A stretch of DNA of 15,579 nt from a candidate division WOR-3 bacterium (lineage in GTDB: Bacteria > Hydrothermota > Tepidihabitantia > Tepidihabitantales > JAOUPE01). Below the pieces are notes generated by a model, which had not been told where the DNA came from, made no database searches, and saw only the letters and a list, made by a program, of their open reading frames with translations. The translations under genes and the position numbers were made by a program. Positions 8,652 through 14,954 of the stretch are shown piece after piece. The stretch is taken from the NCBI GenBank assembly GCA_039801565.1, contig JBDRUX010000057.1:1-15579 (forward strand), written 5' to 3'. Position 1 is the stretch's first letter. Each line of letters starts with the position of its first letter.

Positions 8652-8679
8652 ACTCTATTAAAAAGATGGCAATTGTCAA
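8652..8679 (-). promoter_or_regulatory. sigma70-type promoter of livHMGF-lpdA
   Basis: TTGACA (8679-8674), 16 nt, TAGAGT (8657-8652), then 9 nt to the ATG. No SD. Confidence 0.65.
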
Positions 8680-8935
8680 GCCTTATTGATTACCCATTAG
8701 GAAAAACCCGGAAGGGCAAAATTACAAAAGTGTATGAAGCCCATCTCGGATTTGTCTTAGGCAGTGAGCTTTGCTGATGCTTTTTGAACTTCCAATACTA
8801 AGAGCTTGCCATAAGTTCGGATTCTTTTGATCGCTTTGGGCTTGAAATATTTTAGAGTCAGTTTAGGCGTTGAATAGCTTTTGATATTTCAATTGCGCAG
8901 ATAGTTTTTGGGTTAAGAAATAAGCAGTTAGTGAT

Positions 8936-9856
8936 TTATATTTTTAATCGTTGTTTTTTCAAGCCATCAAGAACCAAAAAGGTATAAAACTCCTTATTAT
9001 CTTTACCAAAAGTGCCATCCCGATTTTGCAGTTGAATAATCCGGGGCAAGGCTTTTGCCACTTGCTGGCGAGCAATTTTCAATTTGCTTTGCGCCACGAT
9101 GTTGAAGGTATGATAAAAGTATTTAATACCCCGCCAAGTACCGTTTCGAGTTTGCAATTTGGCTAAAGTCTTTAGCGCGGTCTGAGTTTCTTTTGATTGA
9201 CGTTTCAAAGGATGACAAACATAAGCCCGCAAGACATTGTTAGAACAGGGTAGGTTATTACACCACTTACCCTGGCGACGTTTTAAAATATTGTCCAAGG
9301 TCTTAAAGGCTTGCAATACCCTTTCGTCTTTCTGTTTGGTAAAAATTCCGGCAAAGAGGAGGGCAGCGGCGGTTTTAACAAAACCGGCACAACCACGAGT
9401 GAATAAGAAATTTTCCCGGCGATTAATTTCATTAGCATCTTTTCGATTCACCTGGAAGAATAATCCATCGTATTTTACACCATCCTTGGCGGTGTGGCGC
9501 ATTGGTTCAAGGTGTTTTTCCAATAGCCAATCTACAGCTTTTTTGGTACGACCGTTAAATTTCGGGGCAAGTAAGGAAATTAAGTGGAGATTTTGGATGG
9601 TTTCGACAACCGAATCGTTCCAACTGCCATTAGGGCTTTGGGTTTGAATTAGGTTGGCAACAATTTGGTCAGCCGCCATTCGGGAGCTTTCGGTCTCTTC
9701 GCCTAACCACTTCCGACGGGCATAAATCGCATAGGGCGTTGACCCTTTTCGAAAAATCTGATACGGGTCATAGCGTAAAAGCGACTCGGTAGTCCGAGCC
9801 GGAGTTAATGATGAAATATCCAGGTTTGAAGCTTTGGATTTTTGGCTATTGCTCAT
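8936..9856 (-). CDS. Hypothetical protein with prenyltransferase/squalene-oxidase (QW) repeats
   Basis: 306-aa ORF with three QW-like motifs (LIQTQSPNGSW, LAKLQTRNGTW, IIQLQNRDGTF) plus AVDWLLEKH. No DXDD cyclase motif seen. Confidence 0.7.
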   Translation of the reverse strand: MSNSQKSKASNLDISSLTPARTTESLLRYDPYQIFRKGSTPYAIYARRKWLGEETESSRMAADQIVANLIQTQSPNGSWNDSVVETIQNLHLISLLAPKFNGRTKKAVDWLLEKHLEPMRHTAKDGVKYDGLFFQVNRKDANEINRRENFLFTRGCAGFVKTAAALLFAGIFTKQKDERVLQAFKTLDNILKRRQGKWCNNLPCSNNVLRAYVCHPLKRQSKETQTALKTLAKLQTRNGTWRGIKYFYHTFNIVAQSKLKIARQQVAKALPRIIQLQNRDGTFGKDNKEFYTFLVLDGLKKQRLKI

Positions 9857-9863
9857 TCCACTA

Positions 9864-9891
9864 ATAATAACAAAAATAATAAAAATTGCAA
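9864..9891 (-). promoter_or_regulatory. Extended -10 sigma70-type promoter
   Basis: TTGCAA (9891-9886), 16 nt ending in TGt, TATTAT (9869-9864), then 7 nt to the ATG. Confidence 0.6.
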
Positions 9892-9900
9892 GCGGAAATT

Positions 9901-10563
9901 TTAGGGAATAGTTAGGTCAGGAGAAACAAACTGAATTAACACCTGTTCTAAAGTATCGGTAGCGATAAGCCGTTGCTTGATAATACCGACCTCGTGGGCT
10001 AACCAGTATTGAATGGATTGGATAGCAAGAGAATCATTTAATTGCAAAGAATCAACCAGCGCTATTTGGTACACATCGGTAAATCTACCCGCCGGTACGA
10101 CAATATCTTCAATACCAACAACTTTTCCACGGATAATGTGCTTAATGGCTATCGTGTCACCATAAATGTCTAAAGTATCGGAATATACCTCGTGCCAAGA
10201 ATTGTTCATTATTAATGGTAAGGAAAAATAAAGGCGGAATTGGGTTTCTAAGAGGAAATCATAACCAGCCCGATTTACCTTTTTCTCTACCAATTTTCTA
10301 ATTTCGGCTTTATCCTTTTGCCAAAATTCCGCCTGAGCACCACGATAAACTAAGATACAGCGGTAGCCATAGATTATGGTATCATCCACTACCGCGGCGA
10401 CAATTGTATCGTTACCATCAAAATACTGCCAGTTAGTTCCCTTTTTTAAGGGGAAATAATCACCAGTGGCACGATAAAGAACTCCGGTATCGTCACAACT
10501 TAAAAAGACCAAGTTAAGAACTAAAAGGGCTGGAATAAAAATTGGGAGTTGCTTAAAATTCAT
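9901..10563 (-). CDS. Putative lipoprotein, beta-rich (DUF3108/TapB-like)
   Basis: Signal peptide with lipobox FLSC. YFPL..G..W.Y, V.VPAG.F and YWLA..VGIIK motifs are typical of this beta-sheet family. Confidence 0.7.
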   Translation of the reverse strand: MNFKQLPIFIPALLVLNLVFLSCDDTGVLYRATGDYFPLKKGTNWQYFDGNDTIVAAVVDDTIIYGYRCILVYRGAQAEFWQKDKAEIRKLVEKKVNRAGYDFLLETQFRLYFSLPLIMNNSWHEVYSDTLDIYGDTIAIKHIIRGKVVGIEDIVVPAGRFTDVYQIALVDSLQLNDSLAIQSIQYWLAHEVGIIKQRLIATDTLEQVLIQFVSPDLTIP

Positions 10564-11056
10564 ACCCCAAAGTAATCTTTAAGTTAATGAAATAAGCCGA
10601 ACTATTACGCTCGGTAAGGTTATAAAGACCAACTAAAGAGAATTTAGCACCAAAATTAGTTTGGCCGAAGTTTTCGAAAGATCCAACTCCCAATTCGCCT
10701 TTTTGAATAACTCCCTTTTCGGTAGCTAAAAGTAATTTGCGATTAAGCCAAATATTGCCGATACCAAAATGGATCGGTATTGACCATTTGTGACGGTGAA
10801 AAAGTGGATAACTATATTCGATAGTTAGCTGATTAAGTTGTAATTGATAAGTTGGTTGTCCAATACCCGAAAAACTCGAGTTTTCATAATTTAGATTTAA
10901 TTTACCAGCCGGTAATTTCTTAGCTATATAAATTGAACCTGACGCACTAGGCGAGAAGAACCGCTCCAAATTGCCAACGGGCAGATTTGTTCCAATTCCT
11001 AAGCCGGTCTCCAAAAAATTAAAAGCAAAGGCGAACGCTAATATTAATTGGACCAT
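10553..11056 (-). CDS. Putative small outer-membrane beta-barrel protein
   Basis: 167 aa with a hydrophobic N-terminus, alternating aromatic/Gly strands and a C-terminal BamA-type signal (KITLGYEF). Overlaps the lipoprotein gene by 11 nt. Confidence 0.6.
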   Translation of the reverse strand: MVQLILAFAFAFNFLETGLGIGTNLPVGNLERFFSPSASGSIYIAKKLPAGKLNLNYENSSFSGIGQPTYQLQLNQLTIEYSYPLFHRHKWSIPIHFGIGNIWLNRKLLLATEKGVIQKGELGVGSFENFGQTNFGAKFSLVGLYNLTERNSSAYFINLKITLGYEF

Positions 11057-11067
11057 TTAACAATTTG

Positions 11068-11096
11068 ATTTTAGGTAATCTCTGAACCATTGTCAA
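11068..11096 (-). promoter_or_regulatory. sigma70-type promoter of the barrel-lipoprotein pair
   Basis: TTGACA (11096-11091), 17 nt, TAAAAT (11073-11068), then 11 nt to the ATG. Confidence 0.8.
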
Positions 11097-11214
11097 GGGC
11101 TTGTGTTTTGTGCTAAAATGGAAAGCATAAGTTGAGCGGAACGCAACCAACGATTCCTAAGGCACGGTTCACAATTTATCAATCATTGTACCCAAGATAT
11201 TAAACCTAACAGCG

Positions 11215-11242
11215 TAAAAATTAAATGTGTTTCCAATTTAAC
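11215..11242 (-). terminator. Weak intrinsic terminator-like hairpin
   Basis: Minus strand reads TTAAAT-TG-GAAA-CA-(C)-ATTTAA-TTTTT. The stem is AU-rich. Confidence 0.35.
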
Positions 11243-11330
11243 AAGCCGCCCCTTGCAAGCAGGAGGTGTGATTTAGGGAAGGTATGAATGGATGTATGGA
11301 CTTGCGAAGGGACGGCTTTGTTTTCTTCAT
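11215..11330 (-). ncRNA. Candidate small RNA (long stem with G-free loop), possibly dual-function with a 30-aa ORF at 11238-11330
   Basis: Own promoter, inverted arms at 11240-11260 and 11300-11322 whose two mismatches become G-U pairs only on the minus strand, and a 3' GAAA-tetraloop hairpin followed by a U-run. Confidence 0.55.
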
Positions 11331-11336
11331 ACAATA

Positions 11337-11364
11337 ACTATAGTCAGATTTCGGAGTATGTCAA
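11337..11364 (-). promoter_or_regulatory. sigma70-type promoter with no annotated gene downstream
   Basis: TTGACA (11364-11359), 16 nt, TATAGT (11342-11337), then 6 nt to an ATG at 11330. Confidence 0.75.
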
Positions 11365-11404
11365 GAGGAATTTTTATATCCACCATTTGCTTCACCGATA
11401 AGGG

Positions 11405-11827
11405 CTAAATAACTTCTAAAAGATTCAAACCGGTCTCTAAATCAAAAGACCGTTTCAGTTTTGTTGCCAATGGTATAATAAAAATTTCACAGGTTGCCGT
11501 AACCGTTCCGGAAAAGAGGTGACCGCTTACCGTATTAAAATTTGCCGAGCCAAGAACGATATGAAGGTGGACAATCGGTTCTGCTTCTAACCAGGCAACA
11601 TTACCGATGAGATTAGCGATTTCCCATTCGTTAGGGAAAAAGCGCCGGATGTATGCCTTTTTTTCTAAATCGTAGCAACCCAGGGTTAAATCTTTGGCGG
11701 CTCCTAAGCCGAAAAGAAATGCCCCTTTAATCTTTTGGGTGGTGATGAAATTTTTTAAGGTATTAACTATCTCTTCCCCTTTATCCAATCGCAGCACATA
11801 ACCAGTTTGGTATTTTTTGACTTTCAC
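11405..11827 (-). CDS. PPC domain (DUF296) protein
   Basis: VLRLDKGEEI, GLGA, EIANLIGNV, HLHIVL, GHLFSG.V..TCEIFI and LKR.FD.ETGLNLL motifs. Start moved to GTG 11827 (MKVKKY...), just downstream of the promoter. Confidence 0.88.
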   Translation of the reverse strand: MKVKKYQTGYVLRLDKGEEIVNTLKNFITTQKIKGAFLFGLGAAKDLTLGCYDLEKKAYIRRFFPNEWEIANLIGNVAWLEAEPIVHLHIVLGSANFNTVSGHLFSGTVTATCEIFIIPLATKLKRSFDLETGLNLLEVI

Positions 11828-11834
11828 TACCTGT

Positions 11835-11863
11835 AGCATAAAAGAAATTTGAATCAATGTCAA
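11835..11863 (-). promoter_or_regulatory. sigma70-type promoter of the PPC gene
   Basis: TTGACA (11863-11858), 17 nt, TATGCT (11840-11835), then 7 nt to GTG. Confidence 0.8.
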
Positions 11864-11904
11864 CCTTATTTTAAAATCGTTCCGAAGAAAGTTTTTTAGT
11901 CTAA

Positions 11905-11942
11905 TAACGAACAACCGATTACCAACAACTGGTTCAGTCGGT
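11905..11942 (-). terminator. Possible terminator after topA
   Basis: Minus strand reads ACCGA-ctga-ACCAG-ttg-TTGGT-aa-TCGGT followed by TGTTCGTT. The stem is interrupted and the U-tract is poor. Confidence 0.3.
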
Positions 11943-11944
11943 GT

Positions 11945-14047
11945 TTAAGCGGGTGTTGTCGTCTCTTTTTCTGAAGACATTTTGACGGTATATTTACAAT
12001 TGGGATAATTGGAACAGGCAATAAATTTACCGTAACGACCAAACCGCTCAATTAAAGGTTTGCCACATTGCGGGCAGAACTGTTTGAGTTCTTTGGGACT
12101 TTCCTTTTTAATATACTTGCAATTGGGATAATCCGAGCAAGCAATAAACTTACCATAACGGCTGGTTCGTTCGACCAAAGGTTTTTGGCATTGCGGACAA
12201 TTCTCGGCTAATAATTTGGGACTTTCTTTTTTGATATACTTGCAATTCGGATAATTCGAGCAAGCAATAAACTTACCAAATTTGCCCCAGCGCGCGACAA
12301 GGGGTTTGCCGCATTTCGGACATTCCTCCGAAAGAAGTGTTTGCATATTAGTTTTTATTATGGGCAACTCTTTTTGCACCTTGTCCAAATCGTTGCTAAA
12401 AGGTTCATAGAATCTTCTAACAACTTCCTGCCAATCTTTTTCACCGGCTTCGATTAAGTCAAGTTCCTCTTCCATCTCCTTAGTAAAATTGACTTCAAAA
12501 ATATCAGAGAATCTGGGGATTAAAATATCAGTGACTAAAAAGCCCAATTCAGTGGGTTGGAGGCGGCCTTCAATTCGCCGGACATAGCCCCGTTCAAAAA
12601 GGGTCGAGACAATGGTGGCATAAGTTGAAGGTCGTCCAATGCCATTAATCTCTAATTTTTTCACCAATGTCCCTTCGGTATAACGTGGTGGTGGTTGAGT
12701 AAAATGCTGCTCGGGATTGACTTCTTTTAAGAAAACCTCGTCACCTTCCTTTAGCAGGGGTAGGACCTTTTCGGTTTGTGGTTCGCCGTAAACTTTTTCA
12801 AATCCATCGAATTTCTGTTTGATTGCTGAAGCTGAAAATTTGTAATCACCTCCGGTGATTGTAACTGAAGTTATGCTATATACCGCATCCGCCATCTGCG
12901 AGGCTAAAAATCGACGGTAAATTAAATCGTATAACCGAAATTGGTCTTTACTGAGATATTCCTTAATACTTTCAGGGGTACGGGCGATGGCGGTTGGTCT
13001 TATTGCTTCATGCGCGGCTTGTGCCTGTTTTCGGTCCTTAAAAATTCGTGCGGTTTTGGGCAAGTAGGATTCGCCGAATTCATTTTTAATAAAACTTCTG
13101 GTTTTATTAATAAATTCCTCACCAATCCGGACTGAATCGGTGCGGGGATAAGTAATAAGGCCAGTGGCTTCGTCTTTCAACTCAATACCCTCAAATAATT
13201 GTTGGGCGATGACCATTGTCTTTTGGGCACTAAAGCCAAGGCGACGTGACGCTTCTTGTTGTAAAGTCGAAGTGATAAATGGTGGCAAAGGAACGCGGTG
13301 TTGTTCAGTCTTATTCACTTTGGTAATATGATATTTTAGTTTCGGGTCCAATAAATCCTTTTTGATTTTCTGGGCAGTTTCTTCATTGGGAATATTACAT
13401 TCCTTATCACCAATTTCGACAAGTTCGGCGACAAATTCTTGGTTGGTTGCCTCCTGAAACTTTACCTTGATTGTCCAATATTCTTTCGGAATAAAATCTC
13501 TAATTTCTTTTTCCCGCTCACAGATTAATCGTAAGGCAACCGTCTGTACTCGACCTGCCGAAAGGCCTTTTTTTAAGACCTGCCAAAGCATCGGCGATAC
13601 TAAATAACCAACCAAGCGGTCCAAAACTCTTCTTGCTTTATGAGAGTCAACTTTCTTTAAATCAATCGCCGTGGGATTCTGCAATGCCTGTTCAATACCT
13701 TGGCGGGTGATTTCGTAAAAAAGGACGCGTTTGATATTTTTGCCATTTTTAATCTCTTCAAAGATGTGATAAGCAATTGCTTCTCCTTCCCGGTCTGGGT
13801 CGGTTCCCAAATAAATGGCTTTTGCCCGTTCGGCTGCAGCTCGTAATTCTTTAATAATTTCAGCCTTGCCTCGAATTCGAATATAGTGGGGTTCAAAATT
13901 TTGCTCAATATTAACTCCTAACCGGGATTTGGGTAAATCCTTAATATGACCACGTGACGATAGAACTATTAGGCGGTTTTTCAATAATTTCTTAATCGTC
14001 CGCGCTTTGGTTGGGGATTCAACTATTAACAGTATCGAACCGCCCAT
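11945..14047 (-). CDS. topA: DNA topoisomerase I (type IA)
   Basis: IVESPTKA, GHIKDLP, TDPDREGEAIA, ARRVLDRLVGY, SAGRVQT, catalytic LITYPRTDS, AHEAIRPT and GIGRPSTYA motifs, plus three C4 zinc ribbons. Confidence 0.98.
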   Translation of the reverse strand: MGGSILLIVESPTKARTIKKLLKNRLIVLSSRGHIKDLPKSRLGVNIEQNFEPHYIRIRGKAEIIKELRAAAERAKAIYLGTDPDREGEAIAYHIFEEIKNGKNIKRVLFYEITRQGIEQALQNPTAIDLKKVDSHKARRVLDRLVGYLVSPMLWQVLKKGLSAGRVQTVALRLICEREKEIRDFIPKEYWTIKVKFQEATNQEFVAELVEIGDKECNIPNEETAQKIKKDLLDPKLKYHITKVNKTEQHRVPLPPFITSTLQQEASRRLGFSAQKTMVIAQQLFEGIELKDEATGLITYPRTDSVRIGEEFINKTRSFIKNEFGESYLPKTARIFKDRKQAQAAHEAIRPTAIARTPESIKEYLSKDQFRLYDLIYRRFLASQMADAVYSITSVTITGGDYKFSASAIKQKFDGFEKVYGEPQTEKVLPLLKEGDEVFLKEVNPEQHFTQPPPRYTEGTLVKKLEINGIGRPSTYATIVSTLFERGYVRRIEGRLQPTELGFLVTDILIPRFSDIFEVNFTKEMEEELDLIEAGEKDWQEVVRRFYEPFSNDLDKVQKELPIIKTNMQTLLSEECPKCGKPLVARWGKFGKFIACSNYPNCKYIKKESPKLLAENCPQCQKPLVERTSRYGKFIACSDYPNCKYIKKESPKELKQFCPQCGKPLIERFGRYGKFIACSNYPNCKYTVKMSSEKETTTPA
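11986..12330 (-). repeat. Three tandem zinc-ribbon repeats in the TopA C-terminus (123-bp period)
   Basis: CPxCxKPL(V/I)xRxxx(F/Y)GKFIACS(N/D)YPNCKY occurs three times. DNA atatacttgcaatt recurs at 12111 and 12234. Confidence 0.9.
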
Positions 14048-14190
14048 CTTCGTCTTTAGTGTCCATTGCTTTATTTCCTTCGAGTGGTTGGTTGTAATGC
14101 TTTGTCACCAAGTAAATTCAAAATCGAAATTGGGCTGCTGATGGTTAAGACCCTGCTTGTTCCGTTTCTTATATGCTATCATAGAAATAT

Positions 14191-14218
14191 ATTTTAATTA
14201 AAAATGTTATTAAATCAA
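14191..14218 (-). promoter_or_regulatory. Candidate topA promoter
   Basis: TTGATT (14218-14213), 16 nt, TAAAAT (14196-14191). The context is very AT-rich, so a chance match is possible. Confidence 0.5.
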
Positions 14219-14273
14219 GATTTCGATTTGGTTCTTTTGAAAAATCTTTGGTTCAAGGTGTTAAATAATGGGG

Positions 14274-14380
14274 CCGAATCGGCAAAGCCGATTCGGAAAG
14301 AAAAAGAAAATTCTCAAAGGGGCAAAGTCCCTTTGGATGAGGAGAAACCCCTCAAATTAAGAATTCGACTGCGTCGAATT
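14274..14380. repeat. Cluster of four short inverted repeats with 3-nt loops
   Basis: ccgaatcggc-aaa-gccgattcgg (14274-14296), caaaggggc-aaa-gtccctttg (14315-14335), gaggag-aaa-cccctc (14339-14353, one mismatch) and aattcgac-tgc-gtcgaatt (14362-14380). Confidence 0.8.
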
Positions 14381-14406
14381 GACATTGATTTAATTAAAGT
14401 TATAAT
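14379..14406 (+). promoter_or_regulatory. Consensus sigma70 promoter of pyrE
   Basis: TTGACA (14379-14384), 16 nt, TATAAT (14401-14406). SD AGGAG at 14417-14421. Confidence 0.85.
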
Positions 14407-14426
14407 CAATCTTGTCAGGAGTGATG

Positions 14427-14954
14427 GTGGATAAAAAAGAATTAGCCAAAGCAATTAAAATGTCATCGTTTCTAACCGGCCAGTTTAAATTGCGTTCAGG
14501 GAAAATAAGTTCATTCTATTGGGATAAATACCGGTTTGAAAGCGACCCAAAATTGTTATCGGCAATTACTCAATCTATGGCGAAATTATTACCAGCAACC
14601 TTTGATAAGTTGGCAGGAATGGAATTAGGGGGCATACCTTTGGCTACCGCATTGTCATTAACGACGGGTAAACCTTGTTTATTTGTCCGGAAAGTAGCCA
14701 AGGATTATGGCACTTGTAATTTGGTTGAGGGTGGCTTTAAAGTCGGTGAGATAGCAGTGGTAATCGAAGATATTATCACCACCGCTGGTCAAGTCGCAAC
14801 ATCTATCGAGCAGATGCGTAAGCTCGGTTTAATCATTAAGGATGTCCTCTGTGTCATTGACCGGGAACAAGGCGGAAAAGAGAAATTGAAAGAAATCGGT
14901 TGTTCACTCACCGCTTTGTTTCAAATGAGTGAATTGGAAAAATTAACCAGCTAA
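14427..14954 (+). CDS. pyrE: Orotate phosphoribosyltransferase
   Basis: GQFKLRSGK.S.FY.D, AGMELGGIPLA, FVRK.AKDYGT and the PRPP-binding VIEDIITTAG motif. Start is GTG 14427 (best SD spacing) or ATG 14424. Confidence 0.92.
   Translation: MDKKELAKAIKMSSFLTGQFKLRSGKISSFYWDKYRFESDPKLLSAITQSMAKLLPATFDKLAGMELGGIPLATALSLTTGKPCLFVRKVAKDYGTCNLVEGGFKVGEIAVVIEDIITTAGQVATSIEQMRKLGLIIKDVLCVIDREQGGKEKLKEIGCSLTALFQMSELEKLTS

Noticed and set aside
8680..8935. Possible ncRNA or livK remnant in the spacer upstream of livH
   Set aside because: Only 6-7 bp inverted matches were seen, with no recognisable coding remnant.
11828..11914. N-terminal extension of the PPC protein
   Set aside because: It spans the promoter; the family-like sequence starts at MKVKK.
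14121..14229. 10-bp inverted repeat aaatcgaaat / atttcgattt
   Set aside because: AT-rich, 89 nt apart and not extendable; compatible with chance.
14274..14380. PyrR attenuator or terminator upstream of pyrE
   Set aside because: The hairpins lie upstream of the promoter, lack the PyrR motif, and have no 3' U-tract in either direction.
14204..14434. 76-aa plus-strand ORF
   Set aside because: It runs through the hairpin cluster and the pyrE promoter, has no SD and no recognisable family.
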